This document shows, one piece after another, positions 20,009 to 31,452 of a DNA stretch of 64,000 nucleotides. How positions within the stretch are numbered: the stretch's first letter is position 1; each line of letters begins with the position of its first letter. The notes beneath the pieces were generated by a model. The model had not been told where the DNA came from and did not search any database. It saw only the letters and a program-made list of their open reading frames with translations. Both the position numbers and the translations under genes were made by a program. This DNA comes from an uncultured Nitrospinota bacterium (GTDB lineage: Bacteria > Tectomicrobia > Entotheonellia > J063 > CAVPRW01), in assembly GCA_963707985.1 (NCBI GenBank), contig CAVPRW010000002.1, positions 32,001 through 96,000 on the forward strand, read 5' to 3'.

Positions 20009-23000
20009 CATCGCGATCGCGTTGTTTCCAAGCAGGAGTTGCTGGAGCATTTCTGGCCCCAACAGGTTGTGAGCGAGGCGGCGTTGAAGTCCTGCATCAA
20101 AGCGGTGCGTCGCGCTACTGGCGATACTGGGCAGGCACAGCGGCTCATTGTCACCCTGCATGGTCGGGGCTACCGCTTCGTGGCAGCCGCTGAGGAGCGA
20201 GGCCATGTGCCACCTGATAGTGAGAGGAGGCAGAGCCTATCCCCCCCACAGGCGCTGGAGCGGGAGAGCGGTCCAGACACGCCGAAGCTGACTGCGCGCA
20301 GCCAGGCCGCGGTCCAGGCGTCCCCCGCTCACGACGCGGAGCGCAAGCCGGTGACTGTGCTCTGCGGTGGGCTGGCTGGGCCTATGGCTTCCACGGTGGC
20401 TCTGGACCCCGAAGCGCGGCATCACCGGCTGCAAGCGTTCGTGGCAGCCGCGCAGGCAATTATTCTGCGGTACGGCGGCACTATCACTCAACTGGAAGAG
20501 GATGGTCTCTTGGCGCTCTTCGGGGCACCGCTGGCGCAGGAAGATCATGCCCGGCGAGCCGTGCTGGCAGCCTTAGACCTGCGGCAAACATGGCAGAACA
20601 GTCAGAGAGCTGCCAGTCCTCCCCTGCACGCCTGTATTGGGGTCCACACAGGGCTCGTCGTGGTCGGCGACCTCGGACAGGAGCCCCAGCGCTTCTATAC
20701 TGCAGCCGGTATACACAGTTCACCACCTCATACGGCGGCGTTCAGGCGTGCCAGAGCGCGGTGGACGTGCGTTGAGCCGATTCGTCGGGCGTGAGCGCGA
20801 GCTGGCCCTCCTGCATGAGCGCCTGACCCATGCGAAGAGGGGTCAGGGGCAGGTGGTCGGCATCGCCGGTGAGCCTGGGATCGGTAAGTCACGGCTGCTC
20901 TACGAATTTGCCCAAAGTCTTCGCCGGCAACCCGTGATATACCACGAGGGGCATTGCCTGGCCTATGCTAGTACCACGCCTTATGCGCTCATGCGCAACG
21001 TGCTCCAGCAGCTCTGCAGTCTCGGTGAAGCAGATGCCCCTGAGAACATCGCCGCCAGGATGGACCACTATGTGCGGCAAATGGAGATGGTACCAGAGGA
21101 TGAAGCCCCCATACTCCGACGACTGCTGAACGTATCCGCGGACGTGACGACTCTGGCCCAGTTAAGGCCAGAAATACACAAGGCCCGGACCTTTACGCTG
21201 CTGCATCAGGTGATCCTGGGCGAAAGCCGACGTCAACCCCTCATCCTCGCGGTGGAGAATCTTCATTGGATCGACGCCACATCAGACGAGTGGCTGACCA
21301 TGTTGGTCGAGCGTCTACCTGGTACGGCGATCCTCCTGCTCGCAACCTACCGATCCGGCTATCGTCCCCCATGGCTGGACAAGTCCTATGCCACACAACT
21401 CGCCCTGCCGCACCTAACACCCCGTGAGAGTTTGATGGTGGTGCAGGCGGTAGCCCGCACCACGCCGATTCCAGATCGCCTGTCGCAGGGCATCATCTCG
21501 AGAGCGGCCGGTAACCCCTTTTTTCTGGAGGAGTTGACCCGAAGCGCGAAGGAGGAGGGCCGCCATGGCACAGCGCTGACTATCCCGGATACCATTCAGG
21601 CGATCCTGACCGCGCGCATCGACCAGCTCCCATCTGCTGGGAAGCACTTGCTGCAAACCGCCGCAGTGATCGGCAAGGATGTGCCTTTTCTCCTGCTGCA
21701 AGCTAACAGCGAACCTTCCTGAGGAAGCCTTATCCCAGGACCTCATGCAACTCCGAGCCGCTGAGTTCCTCTACGAGACGAAGCTCTTTCCTGAGCCCGA
21801 ATACAGCTTCATGCACGCGCTGACACACAAGGCGGCCTACGAGAGTCTGCTACAGGAGCGCCGGCGCGCCCTGCACGTCGGCGTCGTCTTAGCTCTCGAA
21901 ACGCTCTATCCCGACCGCCTCGCTGACCACATCGAGCGGCTTGCCGACCATGCCTTCCGAGGCGAGCTGTGGAATAAAGCTGTAGCTTATTTCCAGCAAG
22001 CTGGGGCCAAAGCGGCTTCCCACTCGGCCTACAGGGAAGCGGTGACTTGCTTGGAACGAGCGCTGGTTGCGCTCGGGCATCTCCCTGGGAATTGGGACAT
22101 GCATCAGCAGGCCATTGATCTGCGGTTTGATCTGCACAATGTTCTCTTCCCTCTCGGCGAACACGAGCGCATTTTGCAATACCTACGAGAAGCTGAGGGC
22201 CTCGCCAAGGCCCATGGCGATGAACGCCGATTGGGACGGGTCTTCTCCTACATGACTCGCCGTTTCCTACACATGGCCGACTATGACCAGACCATCGCGT
22301 CAGGCCAGCGTGCGCTGGCTACCGCGGTGACCCTCGGCGATTTTGGCTTACAAATCGCGACAACTTTCTTTCTGGGCCAGGCTTACTACTTCCTCGGCGA
22401 TTATCATCGGGCGGTGGACTGCCTCAGCAGGAATGTGGCGTCACTCAAAGGCGAGCTGTTAGGAGAAAGGTTCGGCCTACACGGCGTTGCCTCCGTGTTC
22501 TCTCGTACCTGGTTGGTCGCGTCACTGGTCGAGTTGGGCCTGTTTTCCGAAGCGATCGCCCATGGAGAGCAGGAAGTCAGGATTGCTGAGTCGATCGACG
22601 ACCCATACAATCTTATCCATGCCAGTTACAGTATGGGCCTTCTATACCTGCGCAAGGGGGATTTCCACCGCGCGATCTCTGTACTTGAACGCGGCCTTGG
22701 ACTCTGCCGGGCTAAGAATATCTCACAGTGGTTCGCACCAGTCGCTTCGGCCTTGGGCTACGCCTGTGCCCTATGCGGGTGGGTCGCGAGAGCCGTTTCT
22801 CTCTTGGAGGAGGCTCTAGAGCAGGCCGCCATCACAAGACAACTATTCCACCATGCGCTCTGGATTGCCTATCTGGGCGAAACCTACCTGCTAGCAGGAC
22901 GAAGGGATGACGCAGCGCAGCTCGCGGCGCAAGCTTTCGATTTATCCTGCCAGCGTTAGGCGCGGGGGCATCAGGCCTGGGCCCTTTGGCTGCTCGGCGA

Positions 23001-23322
23001 AATCCATGCACATCAAGGACCGCCAGAGGTTGAACGGGCTAAGGAGATTTATCGACAAGCCTTAACCCTTGCTGAAGAACTTGCCATGGGTCCACTTCAG
23101 GCCCACTGTCACCTCGGTCTCGGCCTGCTGTCTGCCAGGCTCGGCCGACGGGAACAGGCTCGTATCGGGCTGGCCGCCGCTGTCGAGTTGTATCGCGCCA
23201 TGGATATGACCTTCTGGCCGGATCGGGCCGAAGCCGCTCTTGCTGCTCTTCCCCAGACTGACACTTATTCTCGATCATCAGCACGACTGGCCCCTGGTCG
23301 ATGGCGAGATATTCGGCGGTAA
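20009..23322 (+). pseudogene. OmpR-type wHTH + degenerate cyclase + AAA ATPase + TPR regulator, 5'-truncated and disrupted
   Basis: HRDRVVSKQELLEHFWP..SEAALKSCI..TLHGRGYRF; Walker A GEPGIGKS; frameshifts near 20705 and 21712; in-frame TAG at 22957-22959 after which the TPR frame continues to 23322. Confidence 0.85.
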
Positions 23323-23533
23323 CCCATTTCTTGTTCCGGTTGAAGGCATCTTTGAAACCGTATGGACCCCGATCGGCGTCCGATAGGCGGTGTATATGTG
23401 CCGCAGGGCCGCCAGCGATTCGTGCGTCGATCTTGACAATCCCTTAGTTCTATGGTAGTGCCATCACGCCTAGCACATCACTACACATGACAGCCATTTC
23501 TCTGCGTGTGAGGAGGAGGCGGGAGGAGCAGTC

Positions 23534-24061
23534 ATGAAGAAATGCTCTGTCAATCCTCCAAAGGCCCATGGGCTGAACCGTCGTGAGGTGCTAAAAGCGG
23601 GTTTGGCGGCCGGCGCCACACTGACCGCCCAGACGTTGTATGGCCCACAAGCGCTTTGGGGCGGGGAAATGGCAACCCCCAAACGCGGCCGCATCCTGCC
23701 TGTGCGGGGGTGGGACCCCGTGCACTTTGATCCCCATCTCACCATTATATGCTGGAGCCCCTGGACCGGGTGGAGGTGGTAGACCGCTATCCCGTGAAGT
23801 TTGTGCTCAAAGGGCCCTTCGTCTGGCTGGTGAATACGCTAGCCTATCCCTGGACCATGTGGATCGTGGCTCCGGGTAGCCCGCAAGCAGATCATCTACG
23901 ACATTTACGACATTCAGTGGTACGCGGCAGAGCAACAGTATTTCGTTTACACGAACGTCTCTGTGATCACCGGATCCTGGGCGCCCCATGTGAAGCATTA
24001 TGCGCCCAACCATAACTTCGACTATGGAAGTCGCGCCGCCGCCCTGTGGCTCGATCGATAG
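23534..24061 (+). pseudogene. Internally deleted family 5 SBP (type A)
   Basis: Tat leader + WDPVHFDPHLT, then DRVEVVDRY..MWIVAP, then YAAEQQY..FDYGSRAAALWLDR*; about two thirds of the gene lost in two deletions. Confidence 0.85.
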
Positions 24062-24121
24062 CGGCTGGCGGCTATGGGAGAGTGGAGGCCTGCATGCGGC
24101 ACTGTCCGCTAAGGAGGAACC

Positions 24122-25669
24122 ATGGTACACAGGTACAGCGTGGGCGTGGCGCTGATCATCGCGGTCGTCGTGGCACTGCTGCTGCCGGTAGCCTGGTCTC
24201 AGCAGCCCAAGGGTGGTGGCACCTTACGGGTTGCGTGGGAGGCGGACGTCACCGGGCTAGATCCACATCTCTCTCCGGGGATCCAGGCCTACTTTGTCGT
24301 GGGCAATCTATTTAATAGCCTGCTCACCATCGATGCCGACCTCAACTATATCCCGGAGCTGGCTGAATCCTGGGATGTCCTGGAAGACGGCAAAGTCTAT
24401 GTGTTCCACCTGCGCCAGGGGGTAAAATTCCACGATGGCACCGACTTCGATGCCGAGGTGGTGCGCTGGAATTATCAACGCATCGTTGACCCTGAGGAGA
24501 AGGCAATCGACATCGGCTTTTACAACATCGTCGAGGCGGTGGAGGTTGTCGATGCGCACACGGTCAAGTTCATCCTCAAGCATCCCAGCGCTACCCTGCT
24601 GCCGGTGATGGCCGCGAATCGCGCGGGATTTTTGCAGATGTCCCCCGCCTCATACAAGCAGTGGGGCAAGGAGAACGTGCGCCTGCATCCGGTGGGGACA
24701 GGACCGTTCAAGCTCGCCCGGTGGGACCAAAACCAGATCATCGTGCTGGAGAAAAACCCCCACTACTTCAAGCCCGGTTTGCCCTATCTGGATCGTATCG
24801 AACTCCGCATCATGAAGGAGGGGGTGACGCGGGTGACGGCATTGCGGGCAGGGGAGGTCGACTTCGCCAATGCGATCCCCCGCGAGCACGTGGATCGTCT
24901 GACCCGAGACGGCAAGATTCAACTCCTCAAGGGCCGGGCGACCCAACGGATCTCCACCCAGTTCAACCAGAAACAGCCGGCCTTCAAAGATCTTCGGGTA
25001 CGGCAGGCGCTGCTGGGGTATGGGATCGACCGGCCGGCCATCGCCAAGACCGCACTCTTGGGGCTGGCAGAGCCACTGTGGAGCTTCGTCCCCTCCGGCA
25101 GCAAGGGACACATCGACTTTGGAGAACTTTATCCCTATAATCCCGACAAGGCGCGAACATTGCTGAAAGAGGCTGGCTATAATGAGCGTAACCCCCTGCG
25201 GTTCACCATGATGACGCACGGTGGAGAGGCGTCGCTTCCCACCATTGCGACCATTTTGAAAACGCAATACGCCAAATTGGGGGTCGAGGTGACAGTAGAG
25301 GTCATCGACCGACCGCTCTTCCTACGGCGGATGAATCAGGACCGTGACTGGGATCAACTGCTCAATTTGACCTCGGCGGCGTTCGATCCCTATTCGCCCA
25401 CGCGCGCCATCGATAGCCGAGCGGGAAGCAATATCATCAACCATGACGACAAGCAGGTGGACGCCTTGATCGATCGTATGAAGGAGTCCGCCACCGAGGA
25501 GGCCTTCTTACAAGCAGGGTATGACTTCCAGCGCTACATCGCGGAGAATATGATGACCACCGGTGTTGTCTCCTTCCCCTTCTTGCAGGCCGCTCGCAAC
25601 GATGTCAAGGGGTATGTGCATTTGCATGGATACAAGATCCGCTTCGAGACGACGTGGCTGGATAAATAA
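24122..25669 (+). CDS. ABC transporter SBP family 5, type B
   Basis: Sec signal, GLDPH, ELAESW, GVKFHDGTDFDAE, PVGTGPF motifs; AAGGAGG RBS. Confidence 0.92.
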   Translation: MVHRYSVGVALIIAVVVALLLPVAWSQQPKGGGTLRVAWEADVTGLDPHLSPGIQAYFVVGNLFNSLLTIDADLNYIPELAESWDVLEDGKVYVFHLRQGVKFHDGTDFDAEVVRWNYQRIVDPEEKAIDIGFYNIVEAVEVVDAHTVKFILKHPSATLLPVMAANRAGFLQMSPASYKQWGKENVRLHPVGTGPFKLARWDQNQIIVLEKNPHYFKPGLPYLDRIELRIMKEGVTRVTALRAGEVDFANAIPREHVDRLTRDGKIQLLKGRATQRISTQFNQKQPAFKDLRVRQALLGYGIDRPAIAKTALLGLAEPLWSFVPSGSKGHIDFGELYPYNPDKARTLLKEAGYNERNPLRFTMMTHGGEASLPTIATILKTQYAKLGVEVTVEVIDRPLFLRRMNQDRDWDQLLNLTSAAFDPYSPTRAIDSRAGSNIINHDDKQVDALIDRMKESATEEAFLQAGYDFQRYIAENMMTTGVVSFPFLQAARNDVKGYVHLHGYKIRFETTWLDK

Positions 25670-26079
25670 GACCGCAAGAAAGGAGGGGACCTGGGATAGG
25701 CGCTATGGCCGGGGAGGGGCGTCGAAGTCCATGTCCTCATCGAGCAAATTATGCTGCTTCGCTATGCGGCAACCACTCACCATCTGGTAACCGGCGTATG
25801 AATTCGTAGGCAAAATCATCTTAGACCCTACCTTCGAGTAGATGTGGAGGTGATGCTCAACTCTCCCGAGTTCTTGGGGGAGATCACCTCCACGTGGGCG
25901 TGGAGCTCTCACCCATTTCCAGGGAAATAGTGGAATGCGCTGCCCGAGCGAGTGTTGAGACATCATACAGACCTCGTGTGGAGGTCAGAGAGGCCAGTCC
26001 CGATCACTCTTCGGCCGACACCACCCGCGTAGCCAACGCTATCAGGTGGGTCAAATGAACGATACACGTCATAGTGCTT

Positions 26080-26438
26080 CACTGAAACCATTCCATCATG
26101 GCAGCCGCACATCGAGCCGCGAGCCCGTCGTGCGGTCCGTCGATCCAAGCGTCGCAGTGTTTTCCGTGCAATGGGATAGCCGGTTCGGTCGTTCCCACCC
26201 GATGGTCGTCGAGCGCTACAAAGCCTTAGATGGCTACCTCTTTCGCACGGACGAACACGGGGCGATTAGCGTCCGCACCGATGGCCAATTCGTCTGGGGG
26301 GCCCCTTATATCGGCGAGGCAGCGCTGGTCTCCACGCTAGTGACCTACCGCATCACGGAAACACTCGCTCGACCCCGGCCACACCTCGCTAGCACACCAC
26401 TCTATGGCCTGCAACAAGCCATTAAACACTTGACCTGA
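26080..26438 (+). pseudogene. comEC: C-terminal fragment of a ComEC/Rec2 metallo-beta-lactamase domain
   Basis: LKPFHHGSRTSS..P.VAVFSV..SRFGRSHP.VVERY..FRTDEHGAISVRTDG; no upstream domains. Confidence 0.7.
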
Positions 26439-27088
26439 AATATTGTAGTGCAGAGTAGGACAGGCTTGCGAAGCTTGGAAGCCTCAAGTGCTATCAGAGC
26501 GTTCAGCCTTCACGCGATGTTATTCATCGCGCCCAAGTAGATGGAGAACATCTGAGCATGTGGCCAGGATCATTGACTGAACGGCGGAGAATCTAGACTC
26601 GACTCTATCTATTTCCGTAGGGAATAAAATCCGTGGGCTACTTCTTCTTGATACTCCTAGAGATAACTTCTGGGACTTAAGGGGTTTATACGACATTGAA
26701 AAATCCTGGAGATACATAGTAGCCTATGGTCTTTCATTTCGTTACCTGTGGGCTAAATTGAATAAGTCGAGCTAAGCATCTGATTAACTGGCGGGCGATC
26801 TCATGTGCATGTCAAAATGAGAGAGTCAAATCTCAGAATTCAATCATAATGATAGGAACCCAAGAGGGAACATGTCGCAGGTCAGCACTACGCCTCAGAT
26901 TATTATATTTGAAGGCTCAGATGCATAGTGATCCTCAGCGCTGAGACGACGTCCTGCCGTTCCTGTGGGGTTTTATAAACATCGATTCACTATGTCATCA
27001 AGGCTTCTAATAAGTATGCACGATAGAACAATGCTAGCATGCGGCCGGGGAGCCTGTCGCGACTCCCCGGCCGCATGGGCAGGTATAC

Positions 27089-27604
27089 CTACACCCGTGC
27101 CTCGGCCGTATCGGCGATATCCTCTGCCCCGAGCTGCTCAAAAATCTCTTTGGCACGAGCTCGCTCAGTACTATTTTCCGTATGCACGGAAATGAGAATG
27201 TTGCCTTCCTTAATTTTGCCCTCGTAACGCTTGGCTTCATATTCCGGAATACCTAAGCCAATCAAGCCCCCCGCGATACCCCCGAGCGCGGCCCCCGCTG
27301 CGGCCCCGCTGAGTGCCGCCATAATTGGGCCTGCTGCTATGAATGGCCCCAAGCCTGGAATAGCCAAGGCTCCAATCCCTACCAGCCAGCCTAAGGCACC
27401 TCCTAGGAGGCCCCCCGTGCCGGCGCCAGCTGCCGCCCCTTCCGGTGCTTTGGTGTGATGTTCGTGGGCAAAGTCTTTCGTGCCTGTTTTATCCGGAAAC
27501 AGGGCTGAGATATCATTGGCGGAAAAGCCCGCGGCCTTCAGCCGGTCGACAATTCCGATAGCCTGGGCTTCGGTCTGTGCGAGACAAAACACTGCGTGTG
27601 CCAT
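27089..27604 (-). CDS. General-stress-protein-like membrane protein with glycine zipper
   Basis: L..AGF...DIS, GAAAGAGTGGLLGG, IPGLGPFIAAGP, GIPEYEAKRYE motifs. Confidence 0.8.
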   Translation of the reverse strand: MAHAVFCLAQTEAQAIGIVDRLKAAGFSANDISALFPDKTGTKDFAHEHHTKAPEGAAAGAGTGGLLGGALGWLVGIGALAIPGLGPFIAAGPIMAALSGAAAGAALGGIAGGLIGLGIPEYEAKRYEGKIKEGNILISVHTENSTERARAKEIFEQLGAEDIADTAEARV

Positions 27605-27628
27605 ATGACCCTCCTGAGGTGTATAGGG

Positions 27629-28030
27629 TTAGCGTTCTTTAACCTCTAATTGGTTATCGATCCTATCTATCCCCGCAATTTGTTGAGCTTTCGCCTGAAT
27701 TGCCTCTCTCTCCTGGGGACTTTGCACTGGACCCCGAAGCGTGACAACCCCATCTACTGTGATAATCTTGATGTTCTTGGCCATCGTCGAGAGCGAGTCA
27801 TCAGCCACTACTGCTTTCCGAATCTGTTGGGTGAGGGTCCGATCCGTCTCACTCTCAGATTGATCGCCTGGTGTGAGCGTGGAGCCACCGCGGTCCCGGA
27901 CGTTGCGCCCCGTATTGTCGGGGGCCGTCTGCGCCGACGGGGCTGTGGTCCTCTCGGTTGGGTTTGCGATCCCGGCAAACCCGCCCAGGGCGAACAGAGT
28001 TAGGGAGAACAGCACAATAGGGTTTTTCAT
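27629..28030 (-). CDS. Secreted BON domain (OsmY-like) protein
   Basis: Signal peptide, PDNTGRNVRDR, D..LT..IRKA, NIKIITVDGVVTLRGPV, IDNQLEV. Confidence 0.88.
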   Translation of the reverse strand: MKNPIVLFSLTLFALGGFAGIANPTERTTAPSAQTAPDNTGRNVRDRGGSTLTPGDQSESETDRTLTQQIRKAVVADDSLSTMAKNIKIITVDGVVTLRGPVQSPQEREAIQAKAQQIAGIDRIDNQLEVKER

Positions 28031-28082
28031 AGTGGTTCCTCCATCTAGTATAGGTAAAGCTGCCGAAAGACTTATGGATTTC

Positions 28083-28098
28083 GGCAATATCTGTGCCA
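28083..28098 (-). promoter_or_regulatory. Sigma54 (-24/-12) promoter for the BON operon
   Basis: TGGCACAgataTTGCC, exact consensus spacing, about 50 nt upstream of ATG 28030. Confidence 0.7.
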
Positions 28099-28641
28099 AG
28101 CAGACTCGGAAAGAGTTGCACGGCTTCCAGCTTGTCACAGAGCATGACTTTTAATGAGCATTCCAGTTCATAAATAGCGATACATGGAGAGAATAAGCCT
28201 CTTGCGGGCTTGTGCCCTCTGGGGGACCCGACACCAATTCATCGAGTCTCAAGGTCCACTGCCATGGGGAGTCATTCCCTTGCTACCACAAGGGCAGAAC
28301 CCGATCTCGGGGGACCAGCCTCGCCACAGCCCCGACGAATTCTTCCGTGCCAGCGCGGTGCGCGTGCAAGCCATCCCCTTTCACTGCAGTAGCACCTGCA
28401 CCGTGGTCCGTCGGGTCTTGCATCCAGGTTTCCTCGACCTCCTGGAGAGGCATGCCACACCACAGGCCTGGGGCTTCATGGGCATGTCAATGATGATAGG
28501 GTGCAACGGGGTATATTCACCCTCAGTCAGGGAGATAACGAGAGTTGACGATTTCAGTTTTTGCGCGTCACTTTCATGGCTTCGACTTGTATGGCATGGG
28601 AGACATAGTTTTTGGGGGATCCACTGTACTGCTCAGGCTCA

Positions 28642-28657
28642 TGGCATGAAGCTTGCT
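28642..28657 (+). promoter_or_regulatory. Sigma54 (-24/-12) promoter
   Basis: TGGCATGaagcTTGCT, exact spacing, upstream of the lipoprotein at 28945. Confidence 0.6.
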
Positions 28658-28944
28658 TATATGAGCTGAAAGCCTAGCTTGGGAGCTCTTTCACACGAGC
28701 TTGTAGCCCTCGTTGTGAACTCCACCGATCCCCCTAGGAAGGATGATCTCGTGATGCTGCTTGATTGATGCCATGGTGGGAAGGCCTTCGCGCATCCACC
28801 GCCTCGGCAGCAAGTCTACAGACTACGTACACCGACAATCAACGGCTTTGAGCACTTTCTACGCGAGATAGTAAGTCTAGAGATAAATACTCCTGATGGG
28901 GGTCAACCCTTACCTAAGAGAAACCATACAAGGAGGTGAGAGGA

Positions 28945-29172
28945 ATGAAACGACTTTTCGTGCTCTTTCTCATCGTTACCCTCCTGGCGACGACGGGGTG
29001 TGCCGGTATGTCCGCGCGTCAGCAACGGACGCTCAGCGGCGGGGCCATTGGCGCTGCGGGAGGCGCCGCCGTGGGAGCTGTGACTGGGGGGAGTCCAGCA
29101 ATAGGTGCTGGCGTCGGTGGCGCCGCAGGCGCAGCCACTGGCTACTTCTGGGATCGCCTCTTTGGGAAGTAA
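28945..29172 (+). CDS. Small glycine-zipper lipoprotein (OsmB/YMGG-like)
   Basis: MKR + hydrophobic stretch + TTGC lipobox; GGAIGAAGGAAVGAVTGG repeats; strong RBS. Confidence 0.85.
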   Translation: MKRLFVLFLIVTLLATTGCAGMSARQQRTLSGGAIGAAGGAAVGAVTGGSPAIGAGVGGAAGAATGYFWDRLFGK

Positions 29173-29549
29173 ATCAAGCGCAGTCAGGTAGGATGTCCGA
29201 TGTGCAGGCTATATGTATGCAGGTAACTCCGAAGGCCTCACAGGAGAAGTCTGACAGATCGAGGGAGGCTCATGGTACGAGCTTTGGTGGAGTCGCGAGT
29301 GCTGTCTCAAAAGGGAGGAGGATGGATTGGCGAGGCATGCTTAAAGAGGATCTATGCTCTCATCGTGAGAAGCACCGTGTCGTCAGGTGTCTAGGATTGA
29401 ACTGTCCTCCTGATCAGCGCTTAAACGAAAAGTCGTGAGGCTAGTGGCCTGGCTGCTGGCGAGCTTGGCGTGACTATGCCGCAATATTACTAGGCAACTG
29501 CACTATAACGCCGCAAACTGGGCTACCCTCCGTCAGGAAGCCCCTATTC

Positions 29550-31326
29550 TCCCCTACCAACCAGGGATCGCCACCTTAGCGGCGGGAGCACTCTCCCCTC
29601 TGGCGGCCCTCGTCCTTGTCGTCGTGACTCTCTGCGGGGCGCTCCCATCTACCGGTACGTCGCGGCTGAAAGCCCGCATGGAGAAGGGTCGATCGCCATG
29701 CTCGAGCATCTCCTCTTCTGGTGGCAGGGCAAGCTGTTTGTCCTCTGCCTGTTGGGCTTCGTGGTGACCGATTTCATCATCACCATCACCCTCTCAGCCG
29801 CTGATTCCACAGCCCATATCCCCGAAAATCCACTTGTGCAAGCGTACTTCCAGCCGCGTCCAGTCGGCCTGACCCTAGTGCAAGTGGCACTACTGGGCGC
29901 TGTCTTCCTGAAAGGGTTTACGGAAGCGATTGGGCTCGCCGTGTGCCTCGTCGGCATTTACCTCCTCTTCAATCTCGTCGTGATCGGCGTCCGCTTCTAC
30001 TATCTCGTGACCGACCTCTCCCTACTGACCGAGTGGCAGAATGCGCTCTGGGTAGGCCATGGCAGCCCCTTGATAATGGTCGGGCTGGCGCTGTGGCTCT
30101 TCCCGAAGTTAGCCTTGGGGTTGGTCGGGGTTCGAGACTGGCGTGACGGTGATGCCCCTCGTGCGCGGCGATCCAGGAGATAGTCCTGCGCACCCCTGCG
30201 GCCGTATCCGTAACACCCGCAAGCTCCTCACCACGGCCGCCCTGATCATGAGCGTGTTCCTATTGGCGAGTAGCCTCATCACGACGGTGTTGATCCCCCC
30301 AGAAGAATTCACCGAGGGGGGAAAGCGACTGGACGTGCTCTAGCGTATCTAGCGCACGTCATGCTGGGCCACGGCTTCGGTACCGCCTATGACCTGAGCA
30401 CGATTCTGATCTTGTGGTTCGCTGGGGCGTTGGCCATGGCGGGGCTCTTGAACATTGTGCCTCGCTACTTGCCGCGCTATGGCATGGCACCGAGCTGGGC
30501 GCGGGCCGCGCGCCCACTGGTGCTGGTCTACACTGCCGTTGCCGGTGTCATCACGGCCATCTTCGAGGCCAACGTCGAGGCGCAGGGCGGTGCATATGCC
30601 ACTGGCGTGCTGGTGCTGATGAGCTCAGCGGCCCTGGCGGTGACGTTATCTGTCCGGCGTCGGGGCTCGGGATGGGGGGTGATGGCCTTCGGAGCGATCA
30701 CTGGGGTATTCATCTATACGACCACAGTGAACATCATTGAGCGGCCTGAAGGCATCAAGTTTGCTCCCTTCTTCATTGGCAGTATTATTCTGACTTCACT
30801 GATCTCCAGGGTATAGCGTTCCACGGAAGTGCGCATCAAGCAAGCTGACCTCGATGCTACTGCGCAGCGGTTGATTGCCGATGCGAGCCGAGGGGAAATA
30901 CGTGTAACTGCGAACCAGCTCGATGCAGGTGATGCGCGCGAGTACTTCCTGAAGGAGCAGGAGGTGTGGGAGGACACTCACCTCCCACCTGGAGAGCCGG
31001 TCCTCTTTTTCGAGGTCACCGTGGGCGACGCTTCGGAGTTTGAAGACATCCTGAAGGTGAGGGGGGTGGAGGCGGATGGCTACCGCGTGCTGCGGGCCGA
31101 AAGCGCAGCAGTGCCGAACGCCATTGCCGCCTTTCTGCTCTACCTGCGCGACCAGACCGGTGAGATCCCAGATGTCTACTTCGGGTGGACCGAAGGGAAT
31201 CCGATCCGCTATCTTCTGCGCTTCATCCTGTTCGGGGAGGGCAATATCGCGCCAGTCACCAGAGAGGTGCTGCGTCAGGCCGAGCCGGACCCCGAGCGGC
31301 GACCAGTCGTCCACGTCGGCGGCTGA
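29550..31326 (+). pseudogene. APC-superfamily amino acid transporter-like membrane protein, disrupted
   Basis: [55 protein letters not shown] motifs; at least 3 frameshifts, in-frame TAG at 30814, eroded 5' end. Confidence 0.8.
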
Positions 31327-31452
31327 CCACTATGCTCCCCGAGATGCCCCTGGTGGAGGCCAGCGAGACCACGCCTAGACACTATGGGGTGGGTCTGACG
31401 TCCGGGCGTACCGCAGTGGTGACGACTTTGACGACGTTGAGGAACATGGCGG

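Noticed and set aside
19739..20206. 155-aa ORF as an intact gene
   Set aside because: Chimera of antisense wHTH sequence and a haloperoxidase C-terminus across a deletion junction.
22957..22959. In-frame TAG here and at 30814 as possible pyrrolysine or readthrough
   Set aside because: Both genes carry other lesions and TAG is used as a normal stop elsewhere in the window; nonsense mutation is simpler.
25700..26040. Short ORFs after the SBP gene
   Set aside because: No motif, RBS or codon-pattern support.
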